Source of the DNA: a virus
Reading direction: 5' to 3' (one strand)
Length of the DNA stretch: 64,000 nucleotides
Virus record (IMG/VR): IMGVR_UViG_3300003653_000052
Span: 1-64,000 of that record
Shown piece after piece: positions 14,479 to 23,736 of this stretch (positions are counted from its first letter, which is position 1; every line of letters begins with the position of its first letter). Position numbers and translations under genes: made by a program. Below the pieces are notes generated by a model. The model was given only the letters and a program-made list of their open reading frames with translations. It did no database searches and was not told where the DNA came from.

Positions 14479-14569
14479 GACAAGGTAACTCAGTTGGTTA
14501 GAGTATCTGATATTTGATCTAAAAGGACACTTAATCTTAAAGTCAGTGGTTCGAGTCCACTCCTTGTCA
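14479..14569 (+). tRNA. tRNA gene with canonical acceptor, D and T arms but an aberrant 40-nt anticodon/variable region (identity undetermined)
   Basis: The acceptor GACAAGG/CCTTGTC is a perfect 7 bp, followed by TA. The D arm is ACTC-AGTTGGTTA-GAGT. The T arm is AGTGG-TTCGAGT-CCACT and the discriminator is A. The middle region is about 17 nt longer than in a type-I tRNA. The best candidate stem, TCTGA/TCTAA, has 2 mismatches around loop TATTTGA. Confidence 0.7.
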
Positions 14570-14592
14570 CAAACTAAAATTTAAATAAAAAT

Positions 14593-14733
14593 ATGAATAA
14601 CAAAAAATCGTGGGAAGATATTTATAAAGAATATCATCTATTTAGAATGAAACCAGGAGGATATGATCCTATGGTATTAGAAGTTTGGTTAGAAAAGAAT
14701 TATAACCCACCAATAGAAAAAGTAAATAAATAA
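14593..14733 (+). CDS. small hypothetical protein (46 aa), below the track cutoff
   Basis: Hand translation gives MNNKKSWEDIYKEYHLFRMKPGGYDPMVLEVWLEKNYNPPIEKVNK, with TAA at 14731-14733. Confidence 0.4.
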   Translation: MNNKKSWEDIYKEYHLFRMKPGGYDPMVLEVWLEKNYNPPIEKVNK

Positions 14734-14817
14734 GCCCTTGATGTCCATTCATCCGGCAATGGGATTACTCCTACTTATTCTTTAAATTTTAATTAACCAC
14801 GTAAATATAATAAAAAA

Positions 14818-15039
14818 ATGAAAGTAAATCTTAAAAAAATATATCAGTATTCTGTATTAATAGATGTTTTAATAGGAGATCGTGAAGATAATAATTTTGT
14901 AAAGCATTTAAAAAACCTTAAAAGGTTACTTCAAGAAATAGAAACAGATTTATCATTATCTGGAGAATCTATTGTAGAATTAGATAAAGATAGATTAAAA
15001 TCTATTAAAGAAAGAAATAGTGTAATGATTTATAAATAA
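14818..15039 (+). CDS. hypothetical protein (73 aa)
   Basis: ORF track. Confidence 0.55.
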   Translation: MKVNLKKIYQYSVLIDVLIGDREDNNFVKHLKNLKRLLQEIETDLSLSGESIVELDKDRLKSIKERNSVMIYK

Positions 15040-15040
15040 A

Positions 15041-15262
15041 ATGATGAAAAAAATGATAACTAAAGAAGAAATGAACAGAATTGAAACTGTTTTTAAAGAA
15101 AGGTGCATAGCTTTAAATATAAAATTTGGAAGTAAAGCTTTTTATAAAGAACAATCTGCATTTTTTGTAGGTGCTATGATTGCTCTTGATAATATAGTTC
15201 CTTATTGGGCATTAATTATACCAACAGGTAGAGAAATAATTGAACCTTATAAACTAAAATAA
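15041..15262 (+). CDS. hypothetical protein (73 aa)
   Basis: ORF track. There is a 1-nt spacer to the upstream ORF. Confidence 0.55.
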   Translation: MMKKMITKEEMNRIETVFKERCIALNIKFGSKAFYKEQSAFFVGAMIALDNIVPYWALIIPTGREIIEPYKLK

Positions 15263-15263
15263 T

Positions 15264-15629
15264 ATGGCAAATCATGCAAATACTGAAATGTTTATTATAG
15301 TACATAACATTAAAGAAAAAATTCAAGTTATAAACTATATTAAAGAAGAAGTAGATTTAGATCAATTATATCCAGATAATGAAATAGATGAAACATATCC
15401 TTTACAAATAGAACTTAGTTTTATTACAATTTGGGGATTACCAAAAGAATTATTAAAAGAATTAACAATAAAATTTCCTAATATTTCTTGGAATTGTACA
15501 ACTTCTGAATCATCTCATTCTTATAAAGGATTAGCAGTATATTATTCTAAAGAAGAAAATTTATTAGAACCACCACAAATGCAAATTAATGAATCACATT
15601 TACGAATATGGAAAAACAATTATTTATAA
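15264..15629 (+). CDS. hypothetical protein (121 aa)
   Basis: ORF track. Confidence 0.6.
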   Translation: MANHANTEMFIIVHNIKEKIQVINYIKEEVDLDQLYPDNEIDETYPLQIELSFITIWGLPKELLKELTIKFPNISWNCTTSESSHSYKGLAVYYSKEENLLEPPQMQINESHLRIWKNNYL

Positions 15630-15707
15630 TAGACGGATATAAAATCTGGGCTTTAACTTATGAAGAGGCATATGACTCTTATCTTAGAATTTTAAAACTT
15701 TAAAAAT

Positions 15708-16121
15708 ATGGCACAAGAAAAAGCAATTTTCATAGGAAGTCTTGTAAAGAAAGAAGGTAAATTGGTATATTATAAAGACGGTTCTTCTAAAGACTATGAA
15801 AGATTTGTTAAAACTATAGAAGAAAATCAATTTGTAGATGTATTCTTTGAAGCATGTAAAGATGACGGGACATTAACCCAACTTGCAAAAGTTCATGTAT
15901 GCTTAAGAGAATTAGCTAAAGAAGTTGGACATAGTATTGTAGAACTTAAAATTATAATAAATCAAAGAGCAGGATTATCTTATATAGATGAGCATAAAAA
16001 ATCATGGTCAATCTGTAGTAAAGATGAGTTAAGTTTAGTAATACAAACTATTATTGAAATTGGGGATACTGTTGGTATTGATTTTAGAGATAATGCTCCA
16101 GTAAGACCTATACTTCCTTAG
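15708..16121 (+). CDS. hypothetical protein (137 aa)
   Basis: ORF track. Confidence 0.6.
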   Translation: MAQEKAIFIGSLVKKEGKLVYYKDGSSKDYERFVKTIEENQFVDVFFEACKDDGTLTQLAKVHVCLRELAKEVGHSIVELKIIINQRAGLSYIDEHKKSWSICSKDELSLVIQTIIEIGDTVGIDFRDNAPVRPILP

Positions 16122-16407
16122 TTGGTTCATCTGGTATATCCACTTCTACATCTTTAGTCAGCTTCTGTTCTTGTGCAGCCATTTCTATAGAAAATATAAG
16201 AGCTGTTAAACATATTATGTTTAATTCTTCTATATCAGAAGCAGGTTCGTTATTCTTAAATTTTTCAATAATAGCTTTGTATTTATCTTTTTCTAATGTT
16301 TCAACAAGACCTAATATTAACTGAGCAAGTGATTTGTAGAAAAATCCAGAAATTTTAATACTTATTTCTATATTTTCAGGAATTGTAGGGTAGATAACTT
16401 TAGCCAT
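16108..16407 (-). CDS. hypothetical protein (99 aa), leftward gene inside the rightward block
   Basis: It is the only ORF filling 16122-16441. It converges on the upstream gene and diverges from the UDG gene. Confidence 0.55.
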   Translation of the reverse strand: MAKVIYPTIPENIEISIKISGFFYKSLAQLILGLVETLEKDKYKAIIEKFKNNEPASDIEELNIICLTALIFSIEMAAQEQKLTKDVEVDIPDEPTKEV

Positions 16408-16441
16408 GGTTCAAAGATAAACAAATTTTTAAAATAACAAT

Positions 16442-17167
16442 ATGATTAAACTAACAAAAGATATTGATCTTGAGGATGTAAAAATGAAATTGTATAAAGG
16501 ACTTGAAGAATCAGGTTGGGCTCAAGTACTTAAGATGTTCTTACTTACTGATGCTTTTGATACCATATTAATACAGCTTTTGAATGAAGCCAAGTCTGGA
16601 GAAAGATTTACTCCAGAACTTAAATATGTATTTAGAGCATTTGAAGAATGTAATTATAAAGACCTTAAAGTAGTTATAATAGGTTCTGATCCCTATACTC
16701 AAATAAATCAGGCTACTGGAATTCCGTTTTCAGTTAAACAAGGAACCTATGTACCACCTGCTTTAAAGTTCATATTCAATGAAATACAAGATACAGTTTA
16801 TCCAGGACAAGAGTATTTATGGGATACAGATTTATCTAGATGGTCAAATCAAGGAGTTTTAATGATTAATTCAGCATTTACTACTCCAATAGGTAAAGTT
16901 GGTAAACATTATGAGCTATGGCATCCATTTATAGCTTATTTATTAGATATGTTAAAAACATATAACCCAAAATTAATTTATGTATTTATGGGGAAAACAG
17001 CTAAAGAATGGTCAGAACAAAGTGATGATAATGAAAATTTTGAATTCTTTTGTACACATCCTAGTTCAGCATCTTATACATTAAAAGAGAAATGGGATTC
17101 AGGAAACATATTTAATTTAATAAATTTTACTCTTAAATCAACATATAAATCAGAAATAATATGGTAA
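16442..17167 (+). CDS. ung: uracil-DNA glycosylase (family-1-like)
   Basis: VVIIGSDPY (compare GQDPYH), GVLMINSAFT (compare GVLLLN) and THPSSAS (compare HPSPLS) occur with the correct spacing. Confidence 0.85.
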   Translation: MIKLTKDIDLEDVKMKLYKGLEESGWAQVLKMFLLTDAFDTILIQLLNEAKSGERFTPELKYVFRAFEECNYKDLKVVIIGSDPYTQINQATGIPFSVKQGTYVPPALKFIFNEIQDTVYPGQEYLWDTDLSRWSNQGVLMINSAFTTPIGKVGKHYELWHPFIAYLLDMLKTYNPKLIYVFMGKTAKEWSEQSDDNENFEFFCTHPSSASYTLKEKWDSGNIFNLINFTLKSTYKSEIIW

Positions 17168-18789
17168 AACCAACAAAAGCAGTAAAATTACTTTGGGAAA
17201 GGAGAGTTAAAGAACTTACTACAAAGAGTATAATTGATAAAGATCAGGAAGATAGCTTATTAGAAATGATTAGATCTCCTGATATTGAGAACTTTACAAT
17301 AGTTGAGCAGGTTATTAAAGTTATGATTCGTAGTAAATTAGCAGAGGGTCTTAATGTAGGACAAGCTGATGCTTTAAATAAGATTATAGACTTTATAGAA
17401 AATCCTCAACATGATGCATTAGTTCTTAAAGGATATGCTGGTACTGGGAAAACGTTTCTTATTAAGAGAATCATAGAATACATAGCACAGACTGAAACCA
17501 CTAAAAAAATAGCAATTACAGCTCCTACTAATAAAGCAGTACAAGTATTATATAAATCATCTGCTAGTGCAGGAAAAGACCTTAATACTAATGTTTTTGA
17601 AGATATATTTGATGCTAAATCTAGATTGTCATATAGTACTATTCATAAATTATTAGGGTTAAAGCAGAAAATATCAAGTTCAGGAGAACAAATATTTGAA
17701 GCTGAAAAAAAAGATAGTAATATAAATTCATATCACTTCTTAATTGTTGATGAGGTATCAATGTTAGATGATTTTCTATGTAATGAGATAATGGAACATT
17801 CTAATAGGATGAGAATAATCTTCACTGGGGATCCTTGTCAGATTCCACCAGTTGGTAAGATGGATTGTATTCCATTTAGTAAAAACTCTAAATATAATTT
17901 TGAAAGAGTTGAGCTTACTGAAATCATGAGACAAAAGGGAGAACATCCTATAGTAGATTCATCATTTATAATACGTAATAATTTAAGTAAATCTCAACCA
18001 ATATCCTTATTATCCTCAAAAGTAAATGAAAATGGACATGGTATATTTCATATAGATAGCAAACCTGAAAATAAAGATGTAAATAGAGTTAGAATACTAT
18101 CTATATTAGAACAGTATTTTAAAACAGATGCTTTTAAGGAAGATACTGATTATATGAAAGTTATTGCTTGGAGAAATAAAACAGTTGAATATGTTAATAC
18201 TATGGTACGGGAAATTTTATATGGAATAAATCCTGATACTTATATTATTGGAGAAAAAATTGTAGTACGTACACCCATCTTTCATAAAGTAAAACATCCT
18301 AGTAATAAATATAAGGAATATTATAAAATTTTATTTAATAATTCTGATGAATTAGAAATAACTAGTGTTAACATTCAAAATAGACGATTTGATGAAGGTC
18401 ATTTTTATGGTCTGAATTTAAAAACATATGTAATAGGTGTATTATATGAAGATCCTATCACAGGAGATCATGAACACGAAACTATAACTATTATACATGA
18501 AGATAGTATTAATGATTACAATCAATTACTTAATAAAACTAAACAAAAAGCTATAATAAGCAGACAAGCTGTAAATTGGATTATGTATTATAATATTTTA
18601 AAATGGTCAGCAGATATTAGTTATAATTATGCTATATCAGCTCATAGATCACAAGGAAGTTCATATAAAAATGTATTACTTCTTGAAGATGATTTGGATA
18701 TGAATAAAAATATTGTAGAACGTAATAGAATAAAGTATACTTCTTATACCAGGGCTTCAGAATTATTATATATACTTAGAAAAAATTAA
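17161..18789 (+). CDS. SF1B Dda/RecD-like DNA helicase
   Basis: Motifs are GYAGTGKTF (Walker A), LIVDEVSML (Walker B), GDPCQIPPV (motif III) and SAHRSQGSSYKNVLL (motifs V/VI). Confidence 0.9.
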   Translation: MVKPTKAVKLLWERRVKELTTKSIIDKDQEDSLLEMIRSPDIENFTIVEQVIKVMIRSKLAEGLNVGQADALNKIIDFIENPQHDALVLKGYAGTGKTFLIKRIIEYIAQTETTKKIAITAPTNKAVQVLYKSSASAGKDLNTNVFEDIFDAKSRLSYSTIHKLLGLKQKISSSGEQIFEAEKKDSNINSYHFLIVDEVSMLDDFLCNEIMEHSNRMRIIFTGDPCQIPPVGKMDCIPFSKNSKYNFERVELTEIMRQKGEHPIVDSSFIIRNNLSKSQPISLLSSKVNENGHGIFHIDSKPENKDVNRVRILSILEQYFKTDAFKEDTDYMKVIAWRNKTVEYVNTMVREILYGINPDTYIIGEKIVVRTPIFHKVKHPSNKYKEYYKILFNNSDELEITSVNIQNRRFDEGHFYGLNLKTYVIGVLYEDPITGDHEHETITIIHEDSINDYNQLLNKTKQKAIISRQAVNWIMYYNILKWSADISYNYAISAHRSQGSSYKNVLLLEDDLDMNKNIVERNRIKYTSYTRASELLYILRKN

Positions 18790-19178
18790 AGTGCTAATAA
18801 TACAAGCATTATAACCCCAGTTGAGAGCCAACCAAGTTTAAGTATTTTGTTTTTTAAAGTAAGATCCTTGTTTTTAGATACTTGAATATCAAAGTCTTTT
18901 GTTTTACCAATAATAATAGTATCTTTTAAAGTAATTACTTTGTTTAGATTAAAAATTTCACTATCTTTATTGTCCAATTTAAGCAAAAGACTTTGGTTCT
19001 GTATCTCAGTATTAATTAATAAACTATCACATTCAGTAGCTCTAATCATTTTAGTAGCAATTTTCTGAAGTTCACCCCTATTATAACATTTTAAACTATC
19101 TTGAGCATTAGAAGTTGGCTCTAATAATAGAATCAAGCTCAGAACTAGAAGCAGTTTTAATAAATATGTATTTGTCAT
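18786..19178 (-). CDS. secreted or membrane-anchored protein (130 aa)
   Basis: The N-terminal signal-peptide-like run is MTNTYLLKLLLVLSLILLLEPTSNAQ. The C-terminal hydrophobic tail is GWLSTGVIMLVLLAL. Confidence 0.6.
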   Translation of the reverse strand: MTNTYLLKLLLVLSLILLLEPTSNAQDSLKCYNRGELQKIATKMIRATECDSLLINTEIQNQSLLLKLDNKDSEIFNLNKVITLKDTIIIGKTKDFDIQVSKNKDLTLKNKILKLGWLSTGVIMLVLLAL

Positions 19179-19416
19179 GATAAATTATTTTTATTTTACG
19201 TTTTTTCTTTTCAAGGATATAATATTCAATTGTAAGAGAATCATTTTGTATATGCAGAATATCATTGGCTTTTAATAAAATAGCTATACTATTTTTATAA
19301 GGTTTATCATCAAATGTTGTTATTATTTCTACTGGTTTTCTAAATATTAATATGGTACTTAATAATATAATTATTAATCCCATGAAAATTATAAGATATT
19401 GTTTTATTTTATTCAT
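19108..19416 (-). CDS. single-pass membrane protein (about 102 aa)
   Basis: The track ORF begins at 19449. The internal ATG at 19416 (MNKIKQYLIIFMGLIIILLSTILIF..) removes the overlap with the divergent gene. It overlaps the downstream leftward ORF by 71 nt. Confidence 0.5.
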   Translation of the reverse strand: MNKIKQYLIIFMGLIIILLSTILIFRKPVEIITTFDDKPYKNSIAILLKANDILHIQNDSLTIEYYILEKKKRKIKIIYHDKYIFIKTASSSELDSIIRANF

Positions 19417-19453
19417 ATAACAAATGTACACTAATTTAATTAAATACAATCGG

Positions 19454-19915
19454 ATGGATAAAGCAAATAGGAAAGAAGAACAAACTAAAAGAATTAATCA
19501 AATTAAGAGAGACTTTTTATTAGAATTTGGAATTGAATTATTTATATCTATGAAAGGTATTTCTAATGTTCTAAGATTAGAATTAGATGTACTTACAAAT
19601 ACGATTAATGATATAATTAATAAAGAATATCCTGGAGTATACCCAAACGGATTAAAAACTAAAAATCGTAAACACATTATTGTTAATTTCAGATACTGTT
19701 TTTATAAAATAGCTATTGATATGGGATATACACCTTCTATTCTTGAATTTTATTCAGGATTTGATAGATGTAGTGTATTACATGGATATGGTAGTATTAA
19801 TGATTTATTATTAACCAAACATCCATTAACACTTTATAACTTAAATACTATTTATAATGAACTCCAAGAAAGATTTGGGATTGATGCAGTTCTACGAACT
19901 GACCAACCTTTATAA
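19454..19915 (+). CDS. possible DnaA-C-terminal-like (HTH) replication initiation or DNA-binding protein
   Basis: ..RKHIIVNFRYCFYKIAIDMGYTPSILEFYSGFDRCSVLHGYGSINDLL.. resembles the DnaA domain IV pattern. The start was moved to ATG 19454. Confidence 0.4.
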   Translation: MDKANRKEEQTKRINQIKRDFLLEFGIELFISMKGISNVLRLELDVLTNTINDIINKEYPGVYPNGLKTKNRKHIIVNFRYCFYKIAIDMGYTPSILEFYSGFDRCSVLHGYGSINDLLLTKHPLTLYNLNTIYNELQERFGIDAVLRTDQPL

Positions 19916-20468
19916 AATAACCCCAAACCAATTTTATTTACTTTACTCATTGAGAGAGGGTGTACAAACAGCATATATTAATATTCATGCTGAATTAAGA
20001 ATATTAATAGCATCAGAATTAGTAATGAATGATCATAATATAACTCAAAAGGGTCATGATTTAATATCAGAAGTAGAATCATATTTTAAAATTCAAAAGA
20101 AAAAGACTTCAACTACTATTATGGGAGATGGCTTTATTGAAAATTTAGCTAAATATAATCTACTGTTTCCAAAGATAAAACTACCTAGTGGTAAGTTGGC
20201 CAGAGCATCAGAAACTAATCTAGAAACTAATTTTAAATGGTTTTTTGAAAAACATAAGTATTCATGGGATACTATATTTAAAGCTACTGCTGCTTATGTA
20301 GATGAATATGAGAGAAAGAGTTGGAATTATATGAGAACATCTATGTATTTCATAAAGAAACAAGAGAGTGACAAGAGTATTACTTCAGATTTAGCTGATC
20401 ATTGTGCTATGATTGAATCAGGAGGTACTATAGAAGAACCTAATTATTTTAAAGTTAAAGTTATATAA
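19857..20468 (+). CDS. hypothetical replication-module protein (203 aa)
   Basis: ORF track. It lies between the DnaA-C-like and DnaB-like genes. Confidence 0.55.
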   Translation: MNSKKDLGLMQFYELTNLYKITPNQFYLLYSLREGVQTAYINIHAELRILIASELVMNDHNITQKGHDLISEVESYFKIQKKKTSTTIMGDGFIENLAKYNLLFPKIKLPSGKLARASETNLETNFKWFFEKHKYSWDTIFKATAAYVDEYERKSWNYMRTSMYFIKKQESDKSITSDLADHCAMIESGGTIEEPNYFKVKVI

Positions 20469-20471
20469 AAT

Positions 20472-21512
20472 ATGATAGAAATAACTAAAAGCTATCCGTG
20501 GAAAGATCAAAAAAAAGGATTTTCAGAAGCATTAGGTTACATACAAGGTAGACGTGACGGTACTATTAATAGTATAAAAACTCCTTGGATTAAATTTAAT
20601 GATGCTACTATCAATGGTTTAGAGTGGAATACAATTAATATTATTTGTGGCCGTCCTGGTTCTCTAAAAACACTTGTTAAATCTCAAATTATAAAATCTG
20701 CTTTTATTCTTAATCCTATAGAAGTATTCAGAGTATTAGAATTTCAACTTGAAATGACAGCTAGAACATCTGCTGTAAGAGAATTTTCTAGTGTAGTTAA
20801 TAAAAGTTATAAGCAATTATGTAGTGCTAATGAGAAACTAAGTCAAGAAGATATTAATAACTGTTATCAATATGCTATAACAAGAAAACATATTCCAATT
20901 GATGTGGTTGAAATAGCTCCTACAGTAGTTGAATTTGAATTAATTATAGATAAATATATGGAATTATATCATTTTTATAGTGATGTAAAACATATAAATA
21001 AAGATACTAAAGAAGAAAGTTTTATATCTACTAAATATTATACAAAAACCATAATAACTTTAGATCATACTATATTAATAAAAAAAGGAATTGGTGAAAA
21101 AGATAAACAAGATACTTTACATAAATTAGGTGAATGTTTAACAAAACTTAAAAAGAAATATCCTGTGATTTTTATTATATTAAGTCAACTTAATAGAAAT
21201 ATAGATAATCCTGATAGATGTGAAGAAGGTAAATATGGAAATCTAATAAATGAAGCGGATGTATTTGGTAGTGATGCTATGTTAATGCATGCTGATTTTC
21301 TAATAGCATTAGATCGTCCTTCTAAAAGAAAAATTAGAATATATGGTCCAGATAGATATATCATAGAAGATGATAGTATAATAGCCATGAGTTTTCTAAA
21401 ATGTAGAAATGGAGAACCAGTAATGAGTTTTTTTAAAGCTGTATTTGAAAAGATGGAAATAATTGAAATAGCACCTCCACCTCAACAACAACGTAGAATA
21501 TCAACAATTTAA
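20472..21512 (+). CDS. DnaB-like replicative helicase (RecA-fold domain)
   Basis: Motifs are CGRPGSLKT (Walker A), ITLDHTILI (Walker B-like) and ILSQLNRNID (compare the SQLSR motif H3). Confidence 0.8.
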   Translation: MIEITKSYPWKDQKKGFSEALGYIQGRRDGTINSIKTPWIKFNDATINGLEWNTINIICGRPGSLKTLVKSQIIKSAFILNPIEVFRVLEFQLEMTARTSAVREFSSVVNKSYKQLCSANEKLSQEDINNCYQYAITRKHIPIDVVEIAPTVVEFELIIDKYMELYHFYSDVKHINKDTKEESFISTKYYTKTIITLDHTILIKKGIGEKDKQDTLHKLGECLTKLKKKYPVIFIILSQLNRNIDNPDRCEEGKYGNLINEADVFGSDAMLMHADFLIALDRPSKRKIRIYGPDRYIIEDDSIIAMSFLKCRNGEPVMSFFKAVFEKMEIIEIAPPPQQQRRISTI

Positions 21513-21521
21513 TTAACAATC

Positions 21522-22100
21522 ATGGAAGAAGTAAAGAAAGACAGAAGAGTAGAACAAGAAAAGCGTAGACTTATTCATCAGCATACATTTGATGCATTAG
21601 GAATTCCTAAAGCAACTTTTATGTCAAAGATGGTGTTTATTCCTTCAAAAATAGGATTAACAGAAAGACATATAGGTATATTTCCTAGTGAACTTAAAAC
21701 TAAAGAAGATGTTTATATTGAATTTGGAGATATAAACTGTGCTCCTGAAAAAGTTGATGGATATCCATTAGCAGGATTAGTTAGATGGAGATATAATCCT
21801 AATTATAATGAAGAATATCCATTAGCAGAACCCGAAATCGGGAGTAGATCAAGATTTTTTATACCAATAACAGAATTAATACCTGTTATAAAATCTGTAA
21901 AATTAAGAACAGTCACAACTCCGGAGAAAAAAGAAGTAGAAAGAGAAAGTACATCTAATGAATTAGCAAGTGTACCACCAGATGAGGTAGATCCTCTTAC
22001 CAAGGAAATGACTATACGGGATTATGCAGCTATTCATATGAGAAAACCATGCTCAAAGAAAGCTTGGTTAAACATTTTAATAACTAAATGGAATGACTAA
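21522..22100 (+). CDS. hypothetical protein (192 aa)
   Basis: ORF track. Confidence 0.6.
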   Translation: MEEVKKDRRVEQEKRRLIHQHTFDALGIPKATFMSKMVFIPSKIGLTERHIGIFPSELKTKEDVYIEFGDINCAPEKVDGYPLAGLVRWRYNPNYNEEYPLAEPEIGSRSRFFIPITELIPVIKSVKLRTVTTPEKKEVERESTSNELASVPPDEVDPLTKEMTIRDYAAIHMRKPCSKKAWLNILITKWND

Positions 22101-22905
22101 AAAAGAAGTAAGTAGTGTAGCAGAAATGCCTAAAAAGTTTGAATTACCAATGCAAATTGTTAAGGCAAGTCATAAAAGTCCTAAAAATATCATTATTTTT
22201 AGTAAACCAAAGTGTGGTAAAACAGCTCTTATAGCACAGTTACCAGGATTTTTAATTTTAGATTTAGAAAAGGGATCAGACTATGTAGATGCTTTAAAAG
22301 TACAAGCTAATAATATAGATGAAATTAAGAAAATAGGTACTGCAATTAAAGATGCTGGATATCCATATAAGGGTGTTGCTATAGATAGCATAACTGCATT
22401 AGAAGAAATGTGTATTCCATATGCAGAAATAATCTATTCAAGAACTTCTATGGGTAAGAATTGGTTTAAAGCTAATGCTGATAATACAGGGTATGCTGAA
22501 GATTCTGGTAAAAAGATATATGGAAATATCTTAAATATGCCACAAGGTGGTGGTTATCAGTATTTAAGAGAAGCTTTTAGTAAAATGATTGAGTATATTA
22601 AGACATGGGCACCAAGAATTATTCTTGTAGGACACGTTAAAGATACAATGCTTGAAAAGAATGGTAAAGAGTTTAGTTCATTAGAACTTGATCTTACAGG
22701 TAAAATCAAGAGAATCACAGCAAGTCAGTCTGATGCTATAGGATATATGTTCAGAAAAGGTGAACAAAATATCTTAAGTTTTAAGACTACAGATGAAATT
22801 TCATGTGGTGCAAGACAAGAGCACTTAAGAAATGCAGAAATTGTGATATCAGAAATCATTGATGGAAAGCTAGTTACCTATTGGGAACGTATTTATGTTG
22901 ATTAA
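22093..22905 (+). CDS. AAA_24 / Sak4-like RecA-fold ATPase
   Basis: Motifs are IIIFSKPKCGKT (P-loop) and VAIDSITALEE (Walker B). Size and position next to an SSB-like gene are typical of this family. Confidence 0.7.
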   Translation: MTKKEVSSVAEMPKKFELPMQIVKASHKSPKNIIIFSKPKCGKTALIAQLPGFLILDLEKGSDYVDALKVQANNIDEIKKIGTAIKDAGYPYKGVAIDSITALEEMCIPYAEIIYSRTSMGKNWFKANADNTGYAEDSGKKIYGNILNMPQGGGYQYLREAFSKMIEYIKTWAPRIILVGHVKDTMLEKNGKEFSSLELDLTGKIKRITASQSDAIGYMFRKGEQNILSFKTTDEISCGARQEHLRNAEIVISEIIDGKLVTYWERIYVD

Positions 22906-22968
22906 TAGCATAATATTTTGTATCTTCACAACCCTTTCAAATAAATTATTAACTAATAAAAACAAAAC

Positions 22969-23667
22969 ATGTCAGAAAAATTAAGTACACAAAACATCCC
23001 TGCATCAGGTGGTGGAGTTTCTAAAACATTAAGACCAGGTAATCATTCCTGTGTAGTCAATTCTATTGAATTAAAACCATTTACTTTTAGAGAAGGAGCA
23101 TATGATATTATATTACATATGGTAGGTCCTGATATGGGTTCAGATTTTCAAGGATTCTTTATTGATAAAACCAATGAAAGTCTTGGTCTTCATAAAGGCC
23201 AAGTTGGTAGAGTAAAAGCTGGTGAATGGGCTTTCAGTGATGGTGAGACTAAAAGTAAAGTTAAAATTAGTAGAGATACTGAAATTTTAAAGTGGTTAAA
23301 TAGTTTTTGTGAAGCTATTGGTAAAAAAGAGTGGTTAAATGCACAAGATAATAAGCATGAAAATATTGAATCTATGGTAAACACCTTTATATTAGATGCT
23401 CCTTTTAAAGGATTACTAATTAACTTCTGTATTGCTGGTAAGGAATATGAAAGTAAAGGTTATATGCAACATGATTTATTTTTACCTAAATTCACTAAAG
23501 CAGGTGTTCCATTTGAATTAGCAGGAGTAGTTAAAAGTAAACTAGTTGTATTTAATGAGGCAACTCATATTGTAAAGAAAAAAGTTACAGTAGTTGCTAA
23601 CTTTACCCCAGGTGAAGAAGGTGTTTCTGTTGGAGGTGTTATTACAAATAATGACTTTGAATTGTAG
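22969..23667 (+). CDS. hypothetical protein; possibly ssDNA-binding (DUF669-like) by position only
   Basis: It follows the AAA_24 ATPase, as in many phage recombination modules, and has a strong terminator downstream. No motif was recognised. Confidence 0.4.
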   Translation: MSEKLSTQNIPASGGGVSKTLRPGNHSCVVNSIELKPFTFREGAYDIILHMVGPDMGSDFQGFFIDKTNESLGLHKGQVGRVKAGEWAFSDGETKSKVKISRDTEILKWLNSFCEAIGKKEWLNAQDNKHENIESMVNTFILDAPFKGLLINFCIAGKEYESKGYMQHDLFLPKFTKAGVPFELAGVVKSKLVVFNEATHIVKKKVTVVANFTPGEEGVSVGGVITNNDFEL

Positions 23668-23683
23668 TAATTAACAAATTATA

Positions 23684-23719
23684 AAAGAGAGGATAACATA
23701 ATAATTATCCTCTCTTTTT
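23684..23719 (+). terminator. intrinsic terminator
   Basis: AAAGAGAGGATAA-(8 nt)-TTATCCTCTCTTT is followed by TTATTT. Confidence 0.8.
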
Positions 23720-23736
23720 ATTTAATAATATGAATT

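Noticed and set aside
15608-15703. A 31-codon ORF (MEKQLFIIDGYKIWALTYEEAYDSYLRILKL) in the gap before the ORF at 15708.
   Set aside because: It is too short to support without comparative or expression data. It is noted only because it fills an otherwise 78-nt gap.
22906-22968. A Bacteroidota -7 box upstream of the ORF at 22969 (..CATAATATTTTGTATC..).
   Set aside because: The best 8-mer ending in TTTG is ATATTTTG, one base out of register with TAnnTTTG, so it is not an exact match.
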